Of a DNA stretch of 64,000 bases, positions 1 to 8,795 are shown piece after piece. Position 1 is the first letter of the stretch, and each line of letters starts with the position of its first letter. Made by a program: the position numbers and the translations under genes. Origin of the DNA: a virus. Lineage: Duplodnaviria; Caudoviricetes. The notes under the pieces were generated by a model. That model did not search any database. It saw only the letters and a program-made list of their open reading frames with translations, and had not been told where the DNA came from. The stretch is taken from positions 1-64,000 of IMG/VR virus record IMGVR_UViG_3300037067_001255; one strand, given 5' to 3'.

Positions 1-1
1 T

Positions 2-721
2 GAAGTTGTTTATATTGTAGATTTTAACTTACAGAAAGAAGGAGATTGGGATAAGCTTCTTGGTATTACTCCAAATGTAACCTGGATAGATCATCACCAA
101 AATTGTAATAGTAATATCTATCCACAATATCTTTCTGGTATTAGAGCAGCAGGTAATGATGGTGAAAGAATGGCTGCTTGTGAATTAGTTTGGAGATATT
201 TGTACAATGGTCTAGACATTCCAATGGCTGTACAGTTGATAGGAGATTGGGATACGTGGTCATTTAAGTTTGGTGATAAAACTAAAGATTTTCATTATGG
301 GTTACAGTATTGCTATAATACTACACCTAGTTCAAATCAGTTGTGGACACTGGTGTATTCCTTATCAGATGCTAAAGAAATAGAATGGGCAACAAGTGTT
401 GGTGACAAGATACGACGTAAGCTAGATATTACTAATGCTTCTATGATTATAGAGAGAGCATTTGAGGCTGAGTTTGAAGGGTATACTATCCTAGCTATTA
501 ACTATGGTAGAAGTTCGGATATGTTTAATAGTATAGAGAAGAATCTATACCCAATCTGCTCTTGTATTTCGTTTGATGGTTATCTTTGGACAGTTAGTTT
601 GTATTCAACAACTATAGATGTATCAGAGATTGCAAGAAGATATGGTGGAGATGGGCATAAAGGAGCAGCGGGGTTTCAGTGTAAAGAACTACCGTTTAAG
701 ATTAAGGAGAGAGAACAGTGA
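2..721 (+). CDS. DHH/DHHA1-family phosphoesterase (5'-truncated at window edge)
   Basis: The frame is open from base 2: VYIVDF...WIDHH upstream of the called Met at 170; C-terminal GGDGHKGAAGF (DHHA1 GGGH-type motif). Confidence 0.85.
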   Translation, partial: EVVYIVDFNLQKEGDWDKLLGITPNVTWIDHHQNCNSNIYPQYLSGIRAAGNDGERMAACELVWRYLYNGLDIPMAVQLIGDWDTWSFKFGDKTKDFHYGLQYCYNTTPSSNQLWTLVYSLSDAKEIEWATSVGDKIRRKLDITNASMIIERAFEAEFEGYTILAINYGRSSDMFNSIEKNLYPICSCISFDGYLWTVSLYSTTIDVSEIARRYGGDGHKGAAGFQCKELPFKIKEREQ

Positions 722-1305
722 TTGTAGCACTGCTATTAGCAACCGTCTCATTTGCCAGCAACTACTGTAGAACAGAAGATGAATATATAATCAGAAACAA
801 TGGATCATGTTATGACTTAGCTGATAAATTCAACAAGTGGGCTAATGAGGATCAACTAAATAGTATAGCATGGGATACAGCAGTAATGAATCATGTAAAT
901 GATATTTACAAACATCTATCTAATGGCAAGAGGGTAAGAGTACCAATCTACTCTTCTACATCTAAGTTCTTTAAGGGTGATCTAAGAAACTGGCATATTG
1001 CTATTGTAGCTGGTACACTACACAATGTATCACCTAATTTGCTAATAGCCATTAGGACACATGAGAACCCAAGTTCAGATAGAGATGATTATGGGTATGG
1101 TGTTAAGGTGGCAAGAGGAACAGACCTGAGAACACAAGCAATCTGGTCTGCTAAAATCATTAGGAGGTTTGCTAATTCAGATGGTTCAGATGCTAATGGA
1201 CCTACAAAGTATAATGTGATTAGTTATGGTAAAAGATATGCTGAAGGCTCTACTGAGTGGGGCCAAGCAGTCTGGAGTTTATACAAGAGAACAAAAGGAG
1301 AATAG
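718..1305 (+). CDS. Secreted protein with possible lysozyme/transglycosylase-like domain
   Basis: Hydrophobic signal-like N-terminus; LLIAIRTHEN catalytic-Glu-like helix and YAEGSTEWGQAV C-terminal motif. Confidence 0.45.
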   Translation: MIVALLLATVSFASNYCRTEDEYIIRNNGSCYDLADKFNKWANEDQLNSIAWDTAVMNHVNDIYKHLSNGKRVRVPIYSSTSKFFKGDLRNWHIAIVAGTLHNVSPNLLIAIRTHENPSSDRDDYGYGVKVARGTDLRTQAIWSAKIIRRFANSDGSDANGPTKYNVISYGKRYAEGSTEWGQAVWSLYKRTKGE

Positions 1306-1307
1306 AG

Positions 1308-1532
1308 ATGTCTATTCCTAGAGGTTTTATTGAAGTCAGTGGCACAAGGATCAACATAGATCATATTACAGCATACCATGCTGATGCTACATACCCAGAA
1401 ACACATACTAACATCTTCTTAGCAAGTAGTAGTACGGTAATGGATATTGAATGTAGTGTAGATGATCTTGACAATAAGATTATTGAGATGGATAGTTATA
1501 TAGATGGTAGTGATGTAGCAGGACCACACTAA
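1308..1532 (+). CDS. Hypothetical protein
   Basis: AAGGAG RBS before ATG 1308. Confidence 0.6.
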   Translation: MSIPRGFIEVSGTRINIDHITAYHADATYPETHTNIFLASSSTVMDIECSVDDLDNKIIEMDSYIDGSDVAGPH

Positions 1533-1640
1533 AGCTATAAATCATTTATAGCTGCTACGCAGCTTAGTTCCTATAGTCTAACGTTCTTAGTATATAAATG
1601 TCTTACTGGATAAAAGGATAGTGATGCTCTTTGATGTACA

Positions 1641-1707
1641 CACACGGTACTCCTTCCTACTAACCGTTAGCCCCGGCAATTAGTGGTTGGAGTACCGTGT
1701 GCTTTTT
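1641..1707 (+). terminator. Terminator-like hairpin with large loop
   Basis: CACACGGTACTCC / GGAGTACCGTGTG perfect 13-bp stem followed by CTTTTT. Confidence 0.6.
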
Positions 1708-1763
1708 AGGCTCTACTATTTTGAGTTCCTCAAATTGGGGCTAAACAAGAAAGGAAAAGAGAA

Positions 1764-2180
1764 ATGTTATACAAAGGACAACGACATCACATCTTATATG
1801 ATGTACCTACTAATGGGGTAGTTATTATAAATGATGAAGTTGTTATTTATGATTTATCAGGTAATCTAGTATTATCTTATCATATGTGTAAATCTACTCC
1901 TTGCTTTAACAAAGTAACTGAGGCGTTGAAATATCTCTTAGATACATGTCCTACAGATGCTATTAGTATTCAATCTATTCCTGTATTAAGGATGCTAAGA
2001 GATGAACTAGATGATACTATTAAACTAGGAGATGCAACTTCTACAACATCTAAACCAGTTACTATTAGAACAACATTTAGTGATCTTACTAAGGATTATA
2101 ATGAACTTGTGAAGGCAGTTACAGAAGCTAAGAAAGGAATAGAAGAAGCTGTAGAAGAAGTAAAGGAGATTATAGGATGA
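1764..2180 (+). CDS. Hypothetical protein
   Basis: ORF with purine-rich RBS; overlaps next gene at ATGA. Confidence 0.6.
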   Translation: MLYKGQRHHILYDVPTNGVVIINDEVVIYDLSGNLVLSYHMCKSTPCFNKVTEALKYLLDTCPTDAISIQSIPVLRMLRDELDDTIKLGDATSTTSKPVTIRTTFSDLTKDYNELVKAVTEAKKGIEEAVEEVKEIIG

Positions 2181-2410
2181 TTACCTTACTAAGAAGAGAA
2201 GATGGTAGTTGTATTATAGATGGACCTAATGGTAGTCTAGTAGAACCTAACTTCTTAGATGCTATTTGCTATTGTATTAGAGCCGCCGAAACAATGAATT
2301 TGAAGTTATGCATTGACGTAAGTTGTATGTTTGAACTAGCAAATGTAGTTAAGGACTATAAATCATTTATAATCATAATGAATATGCTAAAGGAGCATAG
2401 TAATGGCTAA
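2177..2410 (+). CDS. Hypothetical protein (contains palindrome as YKSFI)
   Basis: Translationally coupled ORF. Confidence 0.55.
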   Translation: MITLLRREDGSCIIDGPNGSLVEPNFLDAICYCIRAAETMNLKLCIDVSCMFELANVVKDYKSFIIIMNMLKEHSNG

Positions 2411-2581
2411 TTGTATTAGATGTGGAAAGAAGTTTAGTTCTGTCAAGTCTATTCCCGAGTATATACCAGGAACGGATATTCCAAATACAGATAAGATTGT
2501 ATATGAAATATCAGAAACCGGATTGTGTAGAGATTGCTGTAGAAATATTAAAGATATTCTAGAGAGAAAGGATAAATAGCA

Positions 2582-2839
2582 ATGGCTAAGAAAGAAGTAT
2601 TTGTATGTGATAAGTGTGGTAAAGAGTTTGAACCTACTGAATGGACTAAAGGACAACTAAAGTTTACGGTAGATATTAAGGAGGATGGTAGTAGGGGAAA
2701 CAATTTAGAGTTTGATCTTTGCCATAACTGTTGTTATGCATATATAGAGTTCATGTTTTGTGAAATGCAAAGTAACAATGTTGCTAGGCATATTAGAAAT
2801 TTTATTCCTGCTGAGAACCTAAGGATAGTACCAAGATGA
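2582..2839 (+). CDS. Small Zn-finger protein
   Basis: CDKC...DLCHNC. Confidence 0.6.
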   Translation: MAKKEVFVCDKCGKEFEPTEWTKGQLKFTVDIKEDGSRGNNLEFDLCHNCCYAYIEFMFCEMQSNNVARHIRNFIPAENLRIVPR

Positions 2840-3411
2840 AACCAAAATACTCAGAAACACAAGTAGAAACTCCTCCTTTTCCTTATAAGAAGTATGGTGT
2901 AATATATGCTGATCCTCCTTGGTCATTTAAGACATATTCAGAAACTAATCAGACTAGAGCAGCAACTAATCACTATCCAGTAATGTCATTAGATGATATT
3001 TGCTATTTAGATGTAGGTAGAATATGTTTATCTGATTGTGTACTATTGATGTGGGTAACTGATCCTATGCTAAAGGATGGACTATATGTAATAGAGAATT
3101 GGGGATTTAAGTATAAGACAGTAGCATTTACTTGGGTTAAGTTAAATCAAGATAGTACAGAGTTTATGGGAACAGGATATTGGACAAGGGCTAATCCAGA
3201 GATGTGTCTTTTAGCAACTCGGGGCCATCCAAAAAGAGAAAATAAGAGTGTTACCCAACTAACAGTAGCTAAGAGAAGAGAGCATAGTAGGAAGCCAGAG
3301 ATAATGTATAGGAAGATAGAAAGGCTGGTGAAAGGTCCTTATATTGAGTTGTTTGCTAGAACACAAAGAGCAGGATGGGACTCATGGGGTATTGAAACAG
3401 ACAAGTTCTAA
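2836..3411 (+). CDS. MT-A70 family N6-adenine DNA methyltransferase
   Basis: IYADPPW, YPVMS, WGFKYKT, G.GYWTR.N.E, HSRKP, ELFAR, GWDSWG motifs. Confidence 0.92.
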   Translation: MKPKYSETQVETPPFPYKKYGVIYADPPWSFKTYSETNQTRAATNHYPVMSLDDICYLDVGRICLSDCVLLMWVTDPMLKDGLYVIENWGFKYKTVAFTWVKLNQDSTEFMGTGYWTRANPEMCLLATRGHPKRENKSVTQLTVAKRREHSRKPEIMYRKIERLVKGPYIELFARTQRAGWDSWGIETDKF

Positions 3412-3460
3412 GGGTATAGGAACTAAGTCTATAAATGATTTATACTTAGGAGAATGGATT

Positions 3461-3790
3461 ATGACAACATTTGCTAAAAGACTAAAAAGAATTAGGGAAA
3501 CGAGAGGAATATCTCAAGCAGAACTAGGAAAACTTTGTGGACTAACTAGCGTTGCTATTTCTTTGTTAGAAAATAATAGAAGACTTCCTAACTATAATAC
3601 ACTAGTTAAGATAAGAGGGGCACTAGATATTAGTTTTGATACCTTAATGGGAGGTTTTAGCTATTCACCAGAAATGAGTATTGAGGTAGCAGAGATTATA
3701 TCTAACTACAGTCTTCTAGGTAAGCACGATAAGGAGGTAGTACAACTATTAGTAAGTAGATTAGCTAGTAAAGTGAGGCATGGTTTCTAA
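3461..3790 (+). CDS. XRE/Cro-family HTH transcriptional regulator
   Basis: FAKRLKRIRETRGISQAELGKLCGLTSVAISLLENNRRLP; AGGAG RBS before ATG 3461. Confidence 0.9.
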   Translation: MTTFAKRLKRIRETRGISQAELGKLCGLTSVAISLLENNRRLPNYNTLVKIRGALDISFDTLMGGFSYSPEMSIEVAEIISNYSLLGKHDKEVVQLLVSRLASKVRHGF

Positions 3791-3879
3791 GCTATAAATG
3801 ATTTATAACTGGGGTATAAATCATTTATAATGTCTCAATTTTCCCGATTTTGGGGCTACAAAAGAAAGGAAAAAAAGAA

Positions 3880-4122
3880 ATGATCTTCTTCGATGGAACA
3901 CACCTAACAACAGATGGAGATATCCAAGAGCTACATAACTTCGCAGAGAGTGTAAGAATGAATAGAAGCTGGTTTAGGGAGGAGGGAACAGACTTAGTAA
4001 AAGTACCTCACTATTATGTACATAGTGCATTTAATGGGGCAGTCCTCAAAAAAGAAGTAATTCCTTGTACAATAGATATCCTATTAGCACACTGTGATCC
4101 AAAGCCCCCACATGTGATTTAG
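3880..4122 (+). CDS. DUF4031-like protein
   Basis: HLTTDG.IQELHNFAE..RSWF...PHY pattern. Confidence 0.55.
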   Translation: MIFFDGTHLTTDGDIQELHNFAESVRMNRSWFREEGTDLVKVPHYYVHSAFNGAVLKKEVIPCTIDILLAHCDPKPPHVI

Positions 4123-4191
4123 ACCATTAGGTACATAAGTCCTAAACTATAAATGATTTATAATCGGGGCTAAACAGAAAGGAAAAGAATA

Positions 4192-4392
4192 ATGACTAGA
4201 ATAGCAATATACAGAGTATCAAAGGATATTGTAGGTGTAGACCTAAGAGGAATAAGTATAGGTAAGATGGAACGAGTATCTAGTCTGTCATTAGGAATTA
4301 AAGCAGCTAATAGACTAGTACAGCAGTTTCCTGAAGCAACCTGTATTGAAATATCAAAAGAGGTACTTAAAGAACTTAGTGATGTAGTATAA
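4192..4392 (+). CDS. Hypothetical protein (paralog of 4760..4978)
   Basis: Shared SIGK and IE.SK.VL motifs. Confidence 0.55.
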   Translation: MTRIAIYRVSKDIVGVDLRGISIGKMERVSSLSLGIKAANRLVQQFPEATCIEISKEVLKELSDVV

Positions 4393-4415
4393 TCTAAGAC
4401 TTCAAGTTATATCTA

Positions 4416-4702
4416 AAAGCTTTGCCTATAAATCATTTATAGCCTAAAATCTAAGAAAAGGCGGGCTAAAGATGGAAAGAAAAGAAGAGGATACTAAGCA
4501 TAGAATAGTAGTAGGTAGAGACTGTAAGGAATATAGGATAGAAGTATATAAAGACTATTACTTAGTAACTCAACTTAGTAGGTATGAAAGTTGGCTTAGG
4601 CACCCTCCACCTCCTCCAGATAGCATAAAGGTATAGATTATAGGAACTAAGCTGCTACGCAGTTATAACTGAAAGCTTTGCTTATAAATCATTTATAGCC
4701 TA
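4416..4702 (+). repeat. 31-bp direct repeat containing the palindrome
   Basis: AAAGCTTTGC(C/T)TATAAATCATTTATAGCCTA at 4416-4446 and 4672-4702. Confidence 0.85.
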
Positions 4703-4759
4703 CATACCTCAAAAATTCCAAAACCGGGGCCAACTATAAAAAAAAGAAGGAAGATTACC

Positions 4760-4978
4760 TTGAAAATAAGAATAGATAAGAGAACTAACAAGGATGAGAC
4801 AGTATATACAGTAGATATACTAGTAGGGGAGAGTATAGGAAAAAGAAGAGAAACAATGAAACTATCAGAAGCATTTAGACTGGCCCGTGTGTGGTCTAAG
4901 GAGTATATACAAGTAGAACTTATAGAACTCTCTAAAGATGTATTAGATGATGCAGCTAATATATTAGATGACTACTAG
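4760..4978 (+). CDS. Hypothetical protein
   Basis: TTG start after AAGGAAG; paralog of 4192..4392. Confidence 0.55.
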   Translation: MKIRIDKRTNKDETVYTVDILVGESIGKRRETMKLSEAFRLARVWSKEYIQVELIELSKDVLDDAANILDDY

Positions 4979-5761
4979 TTATGACTTTAGTCTTAGTTAT
5001 AAATGATTTATACTCACCTATAAATCATTTATAGTCTCTCAATTTTCTCCAATTTCGGGGCCAACTAGAAAAAAAGAAGGAGATCACTATCAAAATAGAT
5101 ATACCAGACTATGAAAGAATATTCAAACAACAAGAGCTTACGGAAAGTGATTGGAAGACAATACAAGAAGCTATTAGAGAAATAGAACAACAATCTAACA
5201 GTAATAGCTGCAATAGCCCCAAAAACCAAGGCGGGGGCCAGCGCCGCAGGCAAAGAGAGAAGACTACTAAGTATTTAGTAAAGAAGGAGTAAGAGGAGAG
5301 AGGAAGGAGAGGATAAGGAGAGGAAGGAGAGATACTATAGCCTAAGAGAAGGGGGTATAAATGATTTATAGGTGACCCCTCCAGAGTCCTGTCTACCCCA
5401 AAAGAGGTATACTCCTACCATCCGGCGAATAGTGCAGAGACGATAGCACACCAGGTCAGACACCAGCCCCTCCGCCCACACCCATATAGTGCGCGAGTGG
5501 GGCAGTCCCCTAATCTATAGCGCAATGCGCTCGGGGACAGGTATGGAACCTTGACATAGCGGAATAGCGCAAGACGCCCTTCTGTGGCGGAATATAGTCA
5601 ATATTGCGCGAAAGTCTAAGGTTATCGTCCCTTAGTACAATTCTGAACCCCCTCTAGTAACAAGGTGGCCTTTCTCCCTACAATCATAGTGGGGAGGTCC
5701 GAAGTGGTCACAAATGTGAACTTTGCCTAGATATATATGATTCAGCCCTTACTAGGCAAGG

Positions 5762-5867
5762 TAGGCACAAGAGTTTACCCCTTGGTGTTATATCAGTATC
5801 CCTTCGGAAAGGAATGATATGAGTGCTTCGGCACTCTACGGACATAGTCCGTATAACTTTGTGTCTA
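5762..5867 (+). ncRNA. Candidate structured RNA or leader (multi-way junction)
   Basis: Abutting hairpins ATATCA..TGATAT, GAGTGC-TTCG-GCACTC and TACGGAC-ATA-GTCCGTA, closed by GTT/AAC and TAGGCACAA/TTGTGTCTA. Confidence 0.4.
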
Positions 5868-6001
5868 TTGACAAGGAATGACTATAATGCCTTCACCTCT
5901 GCTATGGGGAATAAGAATTCGGTATCATTTCAATGTTTACTGCCTTCTTGCGAAGGAAAGTATACATTGTAGTGATATTCTGCTAAGGAAAGGGAACTAA
6001 A

Positions 6002-6640
6002 ATGGACAAGAATGCAGACATGTTTCACGTGGGAGAGGTTGTTTCGTGCTTCAAGAACGAGGAGGGGAATATCGTCGCAATCTTCGCACCTTCCCCCTCC
6101 CCCAAGGAGTGTGTCAGTAGCAAGGGCCACAAGTCCGTTCGCCTCTTCAGCCAATCCTTCGCTGATGTCATCCCTGTGACGAATCTCCCCGGGTTCGCTC
6201 TCAAGGGTGCCAGTATCGTGCAGCAGGAGAAGCCGAAGGGTGCCGCCTTGGAGGACCTCACCAAGGCCCAGTTGATCGAGCGCATGCGGGCTCTTGAGGC
6301 AGGCAAGGTCGTTCAGGTGAACCCCCAGACGCCCACTCCGTCCGCTACGATGGACACCGGCGAGGACACCACCAGCGAGGCCTTGGACGACGAGGAAGAG
6401 GTGTGCGAGGAGGTTGTGCCCGCTACCGCGGGGAACGGGCTTCCCGCGTTCACCTTCCCCTCCTGTGGCAAGGTTGTCTCCCACGGCAAGACGCTGTTGG
6501 CTCTGATTGACCGCAAGGGGAACAGGGACGGTCTGATTGGGTGGATTGGCAAGAATCACCCCGAGGGGAAGAAACTCAAGGTCGACCTTGCGGCCGCCGA
6601 GACCTACGCTGACAACACCCCGAAACCGTCCAAGGCGTAG
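6002..6640 (+). CDS. Hypothetical protein, first gene after the non-coding gap
   Basis: AAGGAAAGGGA RBS; strongly C-ending codon usage; followed by a terminator. Confidence 0.75.
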   Translation: MDKNADMFHVGEVVSCFKNEEGNIVAIFAPSPSPKECVSSKGHKSVRLFSQSFADVIPVTNLPGFALKGASIVQQEKPKGAALEDLTKAQLIERMRALEAGKVVQVNPQTPTPSATMDTGEDTTSEALDDEEEVCEEVVPATAGNGLPAFTFPSCGKVVSHGKTLLALIDRKGNRDGLIGWIGKNHPEGKKLKVDLAAAETYADNTPKPSKA

Positions 6641-6687
6641 CCGTATCCTGCCACACCTGCTACATCCACGACACAGACAGGGGAAGA

Positions 6688-6761
6688 GGGAGGAGGCACT
6701 CCTATAGACGCTATGCGTCTACTGCGCGAAAGCGCAGATAGGGGTGTTTCCTCCCTTTTTT
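6688..6761 (+). terminator. Branched intrinsic terminator
   Basis: GGGAGGAGGCACTCCTAT / ATAGGGGTGTTTCCTCCC + T6, enclosing AGACGC-TAT-GCGTCT and CTGCGC-GAAA-GCGCAG. Confidence 0.7.
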
Positions 6762-7022
6762 GTTATCTAAGCATATAGATACCCGATATTGTGTGCTTTT
6801 TTTATTTACCAAGTAGCAGCAATACCTGTGATTTGGGGATTTCTAAGTAAAAGGGACTACCTTAAGTGAATTAAGTAATAGGTATAGAGGGAGGTCCTGG
6901 AAGGGTAGGTGTAAGTTTCAGATTTCTGAGATTGTCATATGCTGCACCATGCAAACTACTCGTCTTTCTTTTTCTGTAGCCCCTTTTGGGGGGCTAAAGT
7001 AAAGGAAAGAAGGGGATATCTA

Positions 7023-7190
7023 ATGGATAAGCACACCCTTGAGGAGTACATGAATCATATTATGGATACAGTGGACAGTCTTGCTGATAACCAGATGCAG
7101 TTCAATGACATTTTGGTACTTCTGCAAGAGAAGAAGATCTCACTAGACACGTTCAAGGCTATTCTTGACCTAATCCGGGCAGCAGAGTAG
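7023..7190 (+). CDS. Hypothetical protein
   Basis: AAGGGG RBS before ATG 7023. Confidence 0.55.
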   Translation: MDKHTLEEYMNHIMDTVDSLADNQMQFNDILVLLQEKKISLDTFKAILDLIRAAE

Positions 7191-7196
7191 TACAAT

Positions 7197-7331
7197 GTAG
7201 CAGTTATCACTGCGTAGCAGTGAAGCAACGTAGTTGCTATAACTCATTTATGGATATGTAACTCTGTTATACATCCATAAATGGTTTATAATCACTACGT
7301 AATTTAGCTACTACGTAGCTATAGTTGCTAC
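7197..7331. repeat. 135-bp imperfect inverted repeat with four GTA-loop mini-hairpins
   Basis: 66-bp arms 7197-7262 and 7266-7331 align without gaps. Confidence 0.85.
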
Positions 7332-7509
7332 TTAGAATGAAAGGGACTACCTTAAGTCATTAAGTATGAGGATATAGAGGGAGGTCCAGGAAGAGTATCA
7401 TTAGGTCTTGGAAATTTGAGATGTAGGTGGACAGGTATTAGCGGAATTCAGAAATCTGAGATATTGGTGGATGTTACTAGGTCTCAAAATTCCGAAAGGA
7501 GTGGCAAAG

Positions 7510-7773
7510 ATGGCAAGACTGAAGGAGTTCGGAGGAGTTCCGTTCACGGCAGAGGAAATGAAGAGGAGGCGGTTCACCTGTATCAACAGGAAGCATGTCT
7601 ACCTCTCCTATTCCGAGATTTGGGCTATGGGGCCGAGGGACGAGGGAACCCGCTACGAATGCACGGAGGTTGACGTATACGCTCGGGGGTTTGACGGTCT
7701 GGTTGCCCACACCACCATCTGTCTCTTGGAGAGGGCCTCCTACATCACCAAGGTGCTCAACCTCGACAAGTAG
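7510..7773 (+). CDS. Hypothetical protein
   Basis: AAAGGAG RBS; C-ending codon bias. Confidence 0.6.
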   Translation: MARLKEFGGVPFTAEEMKRRRFTCINRKHVYLSYSEIWAMGPRDEGTRYECTEVDVYARGFDGLVAHTTICLLERASYITKVLNLDK

Positions 7774-8066
7774 GTTGTATTAGCCTTCTTTTTCCTTTAT
7801 CTTTAGCCCCGGTTTTAAGAAAAAAGGAAAAGAAGGCTATTAGAACCTATTAGTATCTTGCTGGACTACTAAAGAAGGAGTGAGGAAGTATGGCTAAGAA
7901 GAAGGCCTTAGATAAGAAGTTAAGATGCAAGAAGTGTGGTAGGAAGCGTGTACTATTTGAGGGATGGATTCACTGTTGTCCTAAGTGCGACCTTTAGTAT
8001 CCATTCCCTTCTTTTTTTCATGTAGCCCCCGAAAAGCGGGAAATGTGATAGAAAGAAGGGATGTAA

Positions 8067-8273
8067 ATGTACGAGATTTACCTCTGCGACGAAGACGGTA
8101 TCATAGGCATCTTAATGCCCCAGTTGTGGGGTGATATTAAGGTGTTGTGGACTTGGCTGCATGATTCCTACGTTCTTGATGGCACTTGCTTCTTTGACAG
8201 GGTAGTAGTGAAGAATACTGCTACCAATGAATACTACACAGGATGGGAAGGGCTCTACGAACTGCGGAAGTAG
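8067..8273 (+). CDS. Hypothetical protein (Y.G..GL family)
   Basis: RBS; similar to 9117 and 10240 ORFs. Confidence 0.6.
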   Translation: MYEIYLCDEDGIIGILMPQLWGDIKVLWTWLHDSYVLDGTCFFDRVVVKNTATNEYYTGWEGLYELRK

Positions 8274-8498
8274 GTTGTTTCTCCCTTTTTCTTAGATTTA
8301 GCCCCGGCTTTTCTTAGAAAAAGGGAGTCTAGAACCTATTACCACCAATCAAGTACAAGGGAAGACTTGAGCATACAACAATATAACATGATTACATGCC
8401 CATAAATCATTTATACCTGTTGTGTGCTTAGGTCTACTTAGAGAAGTTTCTTTCTTTTCTCTAAGTTTAGCCCGCCAAAAAAAAGGAGATGAAGTAAC

Positions 8499-8795
8499 AT
8501 GGACAAGGGTATATGGATGGTGCAGTGGGAGAGTGGAAAAGCTCTGATCTGGGGTACAAACGAGGAGGCACACAAGCTTGCCGTTCAGGTGGGGGGAGAT
8601 GTAAGCTTATGGTCGTGGATGAAAGATGACCACGGACATGACCTCAGTCGTATCCTCGTTATCAAGATGTGGAGGATATTTTCTGGCAAGGAACTGAAAG
8701 ATGCAAAGGAAGATGTGGACAAACTGTTCAACACCACAGAACTGGGAGTAATCCTGGAGAAACTTGAAGAGATGATGAAGAAGGATGGTGCATAA
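8499..8795 (+). CDS. Hypothetical protein, ribosomal L7/L12 C-terminal-like motif
   Basis: RILVIKMWRIFSGKELKDAKEDVD resembles the KI.AIK..R..TGL.LKEAK..VE pattern. Confidence 0.4.
   Translation: MDKGIWMVQWESGKALIWGTNEEAHKLAVQVGGDVSLWSWMKDDHGHDLSRILVIKMWRIFSGKELKDAKEDVDKLFNTTELGVILEKLEEMMKKDGA

Larger units (their letters stand above)
6850..7397 (+). repeat. ~58-bp imperfect direct repeat
   Basis: AAAGGGACTACCTTAAGT..TTAAGTA...TATAGAGGGAGGTCC.GGAAG.GTA at 6850-6907 and 7340-7397. Confidence 0.85.

Noticed and set aside
3344-3460. Upstream extensions of ORF calls (also 15642, 26416, 51550, 53753)
   Set aside because: They run through palindrome or promoter DNA; better RBS-linked starts lie downstream
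3430-5370. Clustered palindromes as a CRISPR array
   Set aside because: The repeat is only 15 bp, spacing is irregular (6 to >300 bp) and genes lie between copies; the Cas4-like gene is a solo phage exonuclease
5868-5888. TTGACA...TATAAT upstream of 6002
   Set aside because: Spacer is only 9 bp, incompatible with a sigma70 promoter
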